Of a DNA stretch of 55,653 nucleotides, positions 20,701 through 31,258 are shown piece by piece. Below the pieces are notes generated by a model. It saw only the letters and a program-made list of their open reading frames with translations, was not told where the DNA came from and did not search any database. Position 1 is the stretch's first letter, and each line of letters begins with the position of its first letter. This stretch comes from Prorocentrum cordatum (taxonomy: Eukaryota), in NCBI GenBank assembly GCA_963575745.1, contig CAUYUJ010000144.1:62001-117653 (forward strand). Reading direction: 5' to 3'. The position numbers and the translations under genes are program-made.

Positions 20701-23282
20701 AGCCCTGGCCGAGGACGCGCTCGATGTCCACGGGCGCCAGGCGGTCCGCGCCCATGCCCGTCTTCGCCTTCATGCGGCGCGCTGCAGCGCGCACGTCGGC
20801 TCCCGCGATAGGAGAGCGCGGCGCATCTCGCGCAGCCTCGGACGCCATCGCAGCCGCTTCCTGCAGCCGGCTGGTAACCTTAGGTTGGCGCATCCAGATC
20901 GCCTGCCAATGGGCTCCCTTGGCGCCCACGATGCCCCGAGGATTCGACAGCGCGCTGAGCGCCGTGGTAACCTCCTGCTTGGGCAAGGGCCCCTCCTCCA
21001 AGGGGCGGTAGACTGCGCCCCTGGAGGCCTGATCCGTGAGCCAGCCCTTGAACTCCTGCAAGGACTCACTCACCGCGCGACGATGCGCCCGCCGTTCAAC
21101 CCGCTCGCTGTGCTGGAAGATGCCCTCCAGGACACGGGACGTGCACCCCTCGACGTTGAGCAGAAGGCTCACCCACTCGTCTAACGTGGGCTCCACACCA
21201 AGGCGAAGGACGCGCCCCGCGTGGTCAGGTCGGTCCTCTGCCAGACGCCTGCAAGCACCGTGCAGCCGAACCAACTGCCGCTGGCCGTTGCCCCGACCCA
21301 AGTGACGAACGATCTGCTGGAGAACAGACGAAACTCTCTGCAACCACGAAGTGATGCGATCACGAAGAGGGGTTTCACGATATCGCCCTGAATGCTTGAC
21401 TGTCTCGATTGCGAAACGGCGCCCTTCAGCTCGGCTGGGACCTCCAGGCTGCGAAGACTGGTGGTGCTCGTGAACGGCCTGCTCTAAGGTGCGAATCCAC
21501 TGGCCGCGCGAAGAACTTGCGGAGCCCGCGCGCCGCAGGTTGAGCCGACCAGCTACTGACGAGGCAAGGCACACAGGCGAGGGCCCCACAACCATGCCTT
21601 GAGCTTGTACACGGCGCTGCTCCCACATATCACTGGGGACGCACAGCGAAGGTTCAACCTCGTCAGACGGGACTTCCGAACTTAAAAGGGGGGCTTCGTG
21701 CGAGGTGCATCCTTTGGCTGGGTAGGGGTTCTGCACGCTGGCACTATTAGGAGACTCGAAACTGACTGTATCGACTGAATCAGACTCGACTGAAGCAGAG
21801 ATAGGCTGATCAGAGAGAGGCTGGCAAGCAACATGGCAACCATGCGATGGGCCAACGCGGACGATCGATGGCGCATCACTGTGACAGGCACCCCCTTCAC
21901 AAGTGAAGCTGGCCTCGCCGTCGTTCTGCCCGCGAACTGATGTCCAACCTCGGCCGCCAGGGCGAAACTTGCCAGACATGCAAGCGAAATTCACGCCCTC
22001 ACCGCCGTTTTGCCCGCGAGCGGAGGGTGAGCCTCGTCCGCTGGTGGGAGACAGGCTGGCAGTATTGCAATCACGAGGCGCGGCGACGCGGATGACCGAT
22101 GACGCTTCACTTTTGCTGGCGCTCTCTGCGCTCGCGAAGTTCGCTGGATCAGCCTGCGGATCCCCCTCCTCATCGGGCCCGGCTTCAGCCTCGAGATCCA
22201 CAAACTGAGCAGACTGCAACTCATGTGACGCCTGATCTGTACTGCGAGGCTCGGCCTGTTGACTAGCTGAAGGAACCCCTGCGTGATCTCCAAACAATTG
22301 CACAATTTTCTCATTGCGGGCTACTCGTGAAACCTCCTGCTGCAGACGGCGGCTGTGCTTGGCAACAGAAGACTTAGAGCCTGCAGCGGGCAGTGTGCGC
22401 GGGCGAGCAACCTGCGGCGAGCGACTAGCGTGGACGAGTCGCCTGGTCTGGAGCTGCTGCCCACTGCGGCGTAGATTGAGTGATGGACCGATGCGCGGCC
22501 TCCAAGGAACGTCCAACTGCGGCTGGAGCGAGAGAATGTACGGCAAGGCGGCCTCGCTGACGATGGCGTAGTCCATCATGCTCCCCAGCTTACTGGCATC
22601 GCACGTGTACGAGACCCCCATCAGGGGTGATGATGCGGCCGGCGACCTGGTCCAGGAAGCCCGACCGCTGGATGACGTGAGGTTCCACGTTCCAGTCGCC
22701 CAAGCAAATCCACAGTAGACGAAGCCCACGTAGAAACCCTCCGAGACGATGGAACCTGGCTAGGTTGCGGCCCGAGAGGCCGACGGATGTGAACCCGTAG
22801 CGCACGCAGAGGACCACAGAGTAGCCGTGGAAGTGGAGGATCGAAGCGATGAAACCATCCAGCGCCTGAGAGCCTAGCGCCTTCAAGGCCGAAGACGACG
22901 CGGCCTCACGCAAGGATGCTGCCTGCAAATGGCCACGCGCGAGCACCCACTCGCCCCCCTCGTTGGCCTTGTCGTCAGTAGCACAAGATTGATGTCGACC
23001 GCTGGGTCGAGCTCCATTCGGTATGAGCTTAAGCCCTGCAGCACGAGCACGAGCATCCCACTTACGAAGCTGTGACTCAGGAGCGTGAGTCTCAACGATG
23101 CCCATGTACTCATGCGTCTTGCTGACGAGCTCAAGGTGGCCCCAGGCACGATCGCCCAGGGCCGTAACGTTGCTGAAAAAGACGCGGCTGATCCCCTGCG
23201 CGTCCTCGGACTCGGGCAGAACTGGCGCCTGGCAGCACGGCGCCTCCGCCCCAGCGGGGCGCTCGGCCCCAGGCGCTGGCCG
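17723..23282 (-). pseudogene. LINE-A ORF2: APE endonuclease, reverse transcriptase, RNase H and C-terminal Cys/His domain; multiple frameshifts
   Basis: APE: FFSNVT, GIVETH, LGDWNVEP, MDYAIVS. RT: GMGAD, LPKKADGDRVIGL, LDTEGFYD, SIIQG, IWVDD (WVDD at 20110-20121), FLGID. RNase H: FFGDASG (Asp 18860-18862), LPGHQQSVPRGEL, HSHQ...GNQAADVLA. C-terminus: PSHTM...WFCACCG...LGLGKGC. Confidence 0.9.
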
Positions 23283-23788
23283 TCAGGCCTGCACCTTGGC
23301 ACACTTGGCTGCGCCCTTGCCCGCAGCCTTCTTCTGGTTGTCGGCCTTCGCCGCCGCCTCGAACTTGGACGCCGACAGGCGGGCTGCCTCCTCAGCGATA
23401 GCCTGCTCCTGCTCAGGGCTGCTGGCCTGCTGCTCCTCCTTGACCTCCACGCCGCTGCTGGTGCCGCTGGAACCGTCGCCGCCTCCACTGGCAGCCGGCT
23501 CCTCGGGGCCCCCCGCCGCGTCCTCGGGCGCTGGAGTCGCAGGCGTGCCGTCCGCACCCCTGCGCTTCTTGGCCAAGCGCGTGGTGATGTCGCGCTTGAC
23601 CTGCGCGGCCTTGTCCAGCCACGACTTCACCTCCACGTTCTTGGCCACGAACATAGCCTGCATCTTCTCGAGTTCGTCCTTGATCGCCTACAGCTGCTCC
23701 TTCTCCGATGCCTCGACCTCGATCGTGTCGAGGTCGGAGAACAAACCAGTGTCCCACGACACCTCGAACAGCGGCTTGGTCTCGGGCT
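23283..23788 (-). pseudogene. LINE-A ORF1 C-terminal remnant (charged, helical)
   Basis: QPETKPLFEVSWDTGLFSDLDTIEVEASEKEQL*AIKDELEKMQAMF...KCAKVQA*. It lies directly upstream of the APE domain, has one internal TAG and is cut off by the microsatellite. The ORF1 call is positional. Confidence 0.65.
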
Positions 23789-23790
23789 GA

Positions 23791-24301
23791 AGAGGAGGCG
23801 GAGGAGGAGGAGGAGGAGGAGGAGGAGGAGGAGGAGGAGAGGAGGAGGCGGGGGAGGAGGAGGAGGAGGAGGAGGAGGGAGGAGAGGGAGGAGGAGGAGT
23901 AGGAGGAGGAGAATAATAGGAGGGAGGAGGAGGAAGGAGAAGGAGGAGGAGGAGGAGGAGGGGAGGGGGAGGGAGGAGCGAGGAGGAGGAGGAGGATGAG
24001 GTGGAGGAGGAGGAGGAGGCGGAGTAGGAGCGGGAGGAGGATGAGAAGAGGAGGATGGAGGAGGAGGAGGAGGAGGAGGGGCGGGGGGGAGGATGGAGGA
24101 AAGAGAAGGATGTGGAGGAGGAGGAGGAGGAGGAGGAGGAGGCAGGAGGAGGAGAAGGAGGGAGGCGGAGGCGGGGGAGGAGGAGGAGGAGGAGGCCGAG
24201 GAGGAGGAGGAGGAAGAGAAGGAGGGAGGAGGAGGAGGAGGAGGAGGAGGAGGGAGGAGGAGGAGGAGGAGGAGGGAGGAGGAGGGAGGAGGAGGAGGAG
24301 G
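23791..24301 (+). repeat. (GGA)n microsatellite at the 5' end of LINE-A
   Basis: Direct reading. Confidence 0.95.
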
Positions 24302-24759
24302 ACCCCCCGCCGCTCCCTTAGGCTTTGCGCTTTTGCGCCCGCCACGCTCCCGCCCTGCTGCTGCCCCTTTGGCGGCCGCCCTGCAGGCTGCCTGGCTCCG
24401 CCGCGCGCTCCGCCTTTGACCCCTGCTTAGCCGCCGCCCTCTTGGGCCCCCCCCCCCCCCCCCCCCCGGCGACCCCACCCCCTCGCGCCGTCCTCCGTGC
24501 CACGCCGGCACGGCCCCCGTGGCCTGCCGCTGCTGCCCCCCGCGCCGCCGCTGCACCCCCCCCCCCCGCCCCACCCCCGCCAGCGGCCGCTGCCCGTCTT
24601 GCCACGCACTGCACCCTGTGAGGCCTGGCGCCTGGGGACTTCCTTTTTATTGATCAGCGCGCGCGTCGGTCGGCGGGCATGGACATCATCCGTCTTGGAG
24701 CGGGCTCCAGCCCGCAAACGATCAAACGTGTGTCAGTATGTGTTGTTTTAGTGGTTGTG

Positions 24760-25130
<371 letters not shown>

Positions 25131-25689
25131 GCAACGGTGTTGCATTGCTGATCATTGCGTATGATACGGCTGCCAGCCGTATGATATATCCTGCGCCTGC
25201 TGTCCCTGGCGGCCAAGAGAGTTGCCATCAAGCCATACCTCTCGAGAGTATGCAGCTCAACACACGGGTAAGGGAACATCCTACAACAACGTGCCATCAG
25301 CGATGCAAGGTCGTAGCGATGGTCGGTAGCTCCCTCAACCTGTTCAGGGTCTCAATGCGCTGGGGCTACACAGGAAATCAAAGCTTTCATCAAAGTCAGC
25401 ATGTGTCATAGCAGGGCCACGCCATACCTCCACGCTCCTATCACTCATCCTCCTGATCCTAGCCGTACGCCTCCAACAAATGATCTGCACCCCCCCTCGC
25501 TCAGCGACCGTATTGTCGGCAGTCCGTGAACGGGGCCCAGAGTATTTCGAGCTGCGAAAGGACAGACGCCGAGAAGACGAAGAAGAAGAAGAAGAAGAAG
25601 GGAGGAGGAACCGCCGTGGCGGAGGGGAGGAGGATGGGGGTCAAGAGCTGCGGGGATACGCTGCCATGTTCAACGGAAAAATTCATATC

Positions 25690-25855
25690 GAAAATAATCC
25701 CTGGACCCCCTGGACAACCCGGACAACCATGCTGGTTTAGGACGACAAGACGACCCACCAGGGACAACCCCTTGGACAACCTAGCGGGGATCCGGGCAAC
25801 CCCTCTGGACAATCCCCCTTGGACAAGCCTCCCCGAGATTCTTTTTTTCCAGAAG
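25690..25855. repeat. Cluster of GGACAACC-type motifs (possible MITE remnant)
   Basis: About 7 variants of ggacaacc in ~130 bp, bracketed by aaaataatccctgg and cccgagattctttt. Confidence 0.5.
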
Positions 25856-26991
25856 ATATAATACCAACGCTCGTGCCTGCCACGCAGCTTCCCGGACGGA
25901 CGCGGGCGCGCCCGCGAGCGGGCAGGGCCTTCAGGTTGGTCGACAGCGGCCCCGAGCGCCCGAGAGCTCTCCTGGGCGCCTGGACGCGCCAGCGCGCGCG
26001 CGCGGCCAAGGAAGTGCCCGAGGGGGTCCGTTGTGACCTGACCCCCGCCCAGCCCTCCCTTCCTGCCGCCCTTCCTCCCTCCTAGTAGACACCCTCATGA
26101 TCTCATCTCGCCTCACCCACCCTCGAAGAAGATGATGAGACGAGGATGTGGAAGATAACTGGGAACAAGACAAGGAGAAAGAGAAGGAAGAGGTGTAGGA
26201 GGAGGAGGAGGAGGAGGAGGAGGAGGAGGAGGAGGAGGAGGAGGAGGAGAGGCAGCGGAGGAAACAGGGGATGAGGAAGAAGAGAAAGAGGAGGAGGAAG
26301 CGAAAGAGGAGGAGGAGGAGGAAGAGGTGGAGGAGGAGGACGAGGATGAGGAGGAACAGGAGAGGAGGGGGAGGGGAAGAAGGAGAAATACGAGGAGAAG
26401 AAGGAGAGGGATCTCTCCGCTGGCCAGCACCCAGACACCTTTTCCGCGCCATCCGCCGACGATCGTCCTGGCCAGTGCTTCGAGCCGGGTCCGGTCAAGA
26501 CGTCGAGGACGGACCCTCTCAGCGGCAACGAAAGCAAACACAGAGACACACCTCACTGCTCCCCACCTCCCCTTCCTCCTCCTCCACCTCCTCCTCCTCG
26601 TCCTCCTCCTCCTTCTCGTCCTGTTTCTGATGCTCCTGCTACTGGTTCTTCTGCTGCTGCTCCTTCCTTCCGACAGCAGGGATCAGAAGCGCAGAGACAT
26701 GCAGACGCCAGATGGACTTGTTTGAGGCCTGGCCCGTGGGATGGCATGGATGTGCGAGGGCGCAGGGGCTGGCTCACGGTAAGAATGCTAGTGGCCATGC
26801 AACTCCTGAGCCCATCGCCATCTCTCTCTCTCTGCCCCCTTTTGTTCCCCCTCCCTCCTTCTTCGCCGATGTGTGCTTATCTTTACGCGTTTCGTCCTGC
26901 TACTTGACGGGCTGGTTCGCCTTGACCGCCTCGAAGTTGACCTATTCGACTGAGCCATCTCGAGAAGGATTTTGTCATCCTCGACTTACCC

Positions 26992-27160
26992 CCCCGTGCA
27001 AAAAGCAACTGATGTTTTTCTACACACCTCCCTCCCCCACCCCCGCAATTTCAATGTTCAGTGCGGTGCCGATTTTTTTTCGAACTTAGCTGGTCGCGCG
27101 ATCAACATTGAAATGGCGGGCCGGGGGGCTCACCCTACACCAGTTGCCTTTCGCACGGGG
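26992..27160. mobile_element. Palindromic MITE-like element with nested inverted repeats
   Basis: Outer arms 26992-27011 and 27141-27160 are 18/20 complementary. Inner arms 27042-27058 and 27104-27120 are 16/17 complementary. Confidence 0.7.
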
Positions 27161-27529
27161 TTGTAGTGTGCAAATTCTGGATTGAAAGAGTTTCGCTGAG
27201 GGTGCGTTGCCTACCGGCGGTCGATACCATCTGACAAACAAGCGGATCTACTGCCCATCTTTCTCTTGGCTCTTGGCTCCCTCCTCCTCCCTCTCCCCCT
27301 ACTGTTCCTCCTCACTCTCCTTCCTTACTCCTTCCTCACCCTCCTTCGTCACCCTCTTCCTCCTCCTGCTCACCCGATGTCAGCTAATAAACAAACGAAT
27401 GCACTGCCGATCTATATGTTGATATTCTCCCCCTCCCCCTCCCCCTCCTCCCGCTACCCCGGCTCCCCCCCTGGCCCCCCTCCCCTCCTGCCCCTCCCTT
27501 CCATCCCCTTCCCCCCTCCCCCTCAACCT

Positions 27530-27573
27530 TCTTCTCCTCCTCCTCCTCCTCCTCCTCCTCCTCCTCCTCCACG

Positions 27574-27656
<83 letters not shown>
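27530..27656 (+). repeat. Compound (CCT)n-(CAT)n microsatellite
   Basis: Direct reading. Confidence 0.95.
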
Positions 27657-27657
<1 letters not shown>

Positions 27658-27779
27658 CTCTTGTACCTCTCTTCCATCCTTTTTTCTTACGAGCAACCCC
27701 CTTGTTGCACCACAGGCCTGCCTGCAGGCCAGACCAAGCGTTTCGCTTGAGACTTCCTTTAGATTGCAGAAGCTAATCA

Positions 27780-28270
27780 ACTTTAACATTTACAAGGATG
27801 GAGGGCCGGTTGTTTTTCAAAAATCAGTTTTTCTTTCGAAATGCGACACTCGCCCTAGCGCCTCGCACATTTGTTCGAAAACTTCCGTCAGCTACGGGGA
27901 TGGATTGGGTGATTTCAACATGCGGCTCTCGCCTCAGTGCCGAGCGCATTCAGTTTCAAAGTTTCCAAAAGTTACAAGAATGAAGGCCAGTTCGTTTGCA
28001 ACATGCGGCTCTCGCTTGGCAGTTCCTCAAATGTTACGACCCGAAGCTTCACATTGCCCAACACTTGCGCAGATGAAGGGCGGCTCCTTTTCAAAATGGG
28101 GATCCCGCTGTGCGCTCGTTATTCAAGGGAGGCACTTCCCGAAGTGAAGCAGAAGACTTGTAGGGACTTTTGAGGGGAGGACTTTAGATGGGAGTGTATT
28201 TTTCACAGCATCGTGGACGCATCCTGGGTTTACTCTGGTCCTGCTCCTCCTCCTCCTCCTCCTCCTCCTC
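27780..28270 (+). repeat. Dispersed repeat with internal ~80-bp units, ending in (CCT)n (related to 40940-41910)
   Basis: Units carry atgcggctctcgc. The terminal block gcatcctgggtttactctggtcc-(CCT)n is shared with 41850-41910. Confidence 0.75.
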
Positions 28271-30804
28271 AGATCCCCCTCGCTACGGTGACGCTGGGAT
28301 GAAAGCAACGCCCTATCTGACACCAACTGGCTTGTCGCTTGCTCTCGGTTCTGGTCGCGCCTAATCTCATTTCCCCGCCTGCGCGCGGACGGCCTCTCCG
28401 AACTCCTCCTCGTCCACCTCCTCGTCCTCCTCCTCCTCCTTCCTCACCTCCTCCTCCTCCTCTCCTCCTCCTCCTCCTCCTCCTCCTCCTCCTCCTTTTC
28501 CTCCTCATCCACCTCCTCCCCCGTATCCTTCATTTCCTGCTCCTCATTCTCCTCCCCCTTCTCCTCTACCTCCTACTTCTCGCAGCCGTCGTCCTCCTGG
28601 TCGTCCTCTTCATCCTCCCTGACTCCCTCCCTCCCCCTCGGAGGTTCAAAAATGGGGTCCTCGGGGGTGGGGTCCTAAGGACGAGGTACCTCAAGCAATG
28701 TCCATCCAACAATGGACCCCCTCCTGTCCTCATGATCCCATCCCTCAGGACCCCATCTTTGACACACCCGCCCTCCCTCCCTCCCTCTCCTCACCTCTGC
28801 CTGCCGCCCTCGGCACCGGCGGCAGGGCCGCCCTGAGCGTGGCCGTCAAGCTCCGCCTCTCCGCGGGGGCAGGGGGCACGGGGGAGACGGTGAGACAGCG
28901 AAGGGCAGGGGGGGCGGGGGGGAGCGGCCAGGTATCGGAGGAGAGGGGCGGGGAGAGGCCCCTCCTCCTCCTCCTCCTTCTCCTCCTCCTTCTCGTCCTC
29001 CTGCTCCTCCTCCTCCTCCTCCTCCTCCTCCTGCTTCTCCTCCCCCTCCTCCTCCTCCTCCTCCTCCTCCTCCTCCTCCTCCTCCTCCTGCTAGTCCTCC
29101 TCCTCCTCCTCCTCCTCCTCCTCCTCCTCCTCCTGCTCGTCCTCTTCCTCCTCCTCCTCGGAGGAGGAGGAGGACGACGACGAGGGGAGGGCGCACCACT
29201 TCGGCCCGAGCCGCACGTGCTCAAGGCGGACCCGCCTCACGAAGCGGGAAGCGCCGCATGCTAAACAGGGGTGGTGGGAGGACCTCCTCCCTGGGAGGAT
29301 TAGGGGAGGGGAGGGAAGGGAGGGAGGGGAGGAACTGACCGAGAGGGGCAGAAGGAAAAGGGGGAGGATGAGGGGAGGGGAGGGATGATGCGAGAAAGAT
29401 TCGGAGGAACATGTGGTGGAAAGAAGGAAAGGCGAGAGGACCGGAGGAGAGGGAGGGACAGAGGGACAGGTGATGGGAAGGGAGGGAGAGGATAAGACAA
29501 GAAGGGGCGAGAAGGATTGCTTTCCATTATTTCGTCCCCTGGGGCACCACTCAGATTGCGTGATGGCAGCTGGAGGTAAGACTTCAATATATCCTTGGAG
29601 CCTGACGCAAACTTTGGGCGAACATCACTGCAACCACCGACTCCCAAGTCGACTGGTCACTTCAATGCGAACCCCACGATTTGTTCTTTAGACATGGCGC
29701 GACGCAACATTCTGGGCATGAAATATTGAAGCTGTGTTCACAGCGGCTCAAGGGCGAAAGGGATGGAGAAGAAAGATGAGTATGAGGAGGGCGAGGGGTA
29801 GATCAACCAATGCGTAACGCAGCAAGTGCACGAACACGATTGGTTATCTGTTCCACCATCAACACACACACATATCAACCGAAAGCCTCGCCATACGAAA
29901 GCAAAAGACAACTACGACATTCAGCGGGAAATTATATAATGAATAAAGCAGCAGCGCTGACACGGAGCCAGAGGGAGCGCATGAACAACAACGGAAACAA
30001 CAATACACCCAGGTAGTGGTTGCCGAAGGCGCGATGAAGGAAACCCAACTCGCCTGAACAAACGCTCGCGCGGTAACTTGCTGTCCACGCTAGCTGCACG
30101 TCGATCTTGGGTCCATCCGCACGCAGTCAGGCCTGCAACTGGATCAGCAGCTGAGCACGAGCGATCCGCCTAACCAATGGCACTGCCGCCTGCGCCTCAG
30201 CAGGTGCTGGCACCTTTGCTGGTTGCCCTGCCTCTGCTGCTAGAACGACCTATGTTGCTATGACGCCTGCCTCTCATGACAGCCCCTGGGGTCGTGGCAC
30301 ACATCTTACGCTGATAGCCACCGGTCGCAGAAGACACAATACCCGTGTGAGTCCACTTTTCTTCGAGACCCAACTTGCTAGAAACTGCACCTAATTAGGT
30401 CCAAGAGCGTTGACCCCTCTTGGCTTCGAAAAAACTGCCGATCTTCGTCCGAAGGGAGCACATCACAGCTGTCAAGGTGATGCCGATACTCAAGAAACTT
30501 GCAAAGGTGATTGGCCATAGCGCGTCCAGACAAGGCAACGCCCTGGATTCCAGGATGGACGCAGAAATCTCCATACCATCCAAGACCAAGCGCCACATGG
30601 AAAAGACATCCTCGCGAGTTCAGTGGAGTGCTTGTCCCGAGGCCATCCTTCCAATGGTTGATGCCATTGATCATGGGCCTGTACTCTGCCAAATCCGACC
30701 TTCAAAACAATCGCGACAGAACGCCGAACAACTCGTCCTGTGCAAAACGCCCGTACCCCTTCGGGTTTGTTTGGAATTCGCGCTCGGCAAAAGACGCGGT
30801 ACTA

Positions 30805-30981
30805 CAGCAGTGGCCGTACCACAAGAAACCTTCCACAAGAAACCCAACCCCGAGACCCCAGGACGTCCATAGGTTTTTGGTGTGGGAGCGTCGCGCTTTC
30901 CACAGCAAAACCATCGAAACCCAAGAAACCCTGGGCACCCTGGAGGCAAGCAAGGGTGTTTCTTGGCATAGGTCTCCACTG
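30805..30981. mobile_element. 177-bp Tc1/mariner-type MITE with TA duplication inside the oxidoreductase
   Basis: TA(30803-04)-CAGCAGTGGCCGTACCACAAGAAAC...GTTTCTTGGCATAGGTCTCCACTG-TA(30982-83). Removing the element plus one TA gives minus-strand act ttg ctt agt acc gcg (TLLSTA). Confidence 0.7.
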
Positions 30982-31093
30982 TAAGCAAAGTCCGAATTTT
31001 CTGGGCCTGCAGCCCCCATCTTCCCGCATTGGTGGGGCTTCCGCGCACTGTTGGCGGCAAAGCTCAAGCAATCATCGCCATACACATGTGTAG

Positions 31094-31258
31094 CTTACTG
31101 TTGCTCCAATCGTACTTAAGGACCACATCCCAGAACAAATTTCGAGCACCCAGAAAAAAACGAAACTGTGTCGAACGAGTCTCGCCTCCCAGGACCCGAC
31201 ACGTGAACCCCCTCCAGTTTTGGCTAGGTGATCAAGGAAGTAGGTTGGAAGATCATAC
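31094..31258 (-). other. Candidate 165-bp GT-AG intron (or insertion) in the oxidoreductase
   Basis: Minus strand GTATGA...CAGTAAG, with in-frame stops. Removal joins DFTVA-P-THVYGDDCLSFAAN in frame. Confidence 0.5.

Larger units (their letters stand above)
17681..23790 (-). mobile_element. LINE-A: non-LTR retrotransposon (ORF1 remnant plus APE-RT-RNase H-Cys/His), apparently 5'-truncated, degenerate
   Basis: Ordered minus-strand domains as listed for its ORFs. The 3' end has a short (GAACTCCT)n repeat running into (CCT)n. The 5' end abuts another GGA/CCT tract. Confidence 0.9.

Noticed and set aside
23791..23830. TSD for LINE-A
   Set aside because: The GGCGGA variant at the 5' flank has no counterpart at the 3' flank; pure repeats cannot define a TSD.
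24302..24720. N-terminal part of LINE-A ORF1 beyond the GGA tract
   Set aside because: GC-rich with no recognisable motif or SL. Not excluded, but unsupported.
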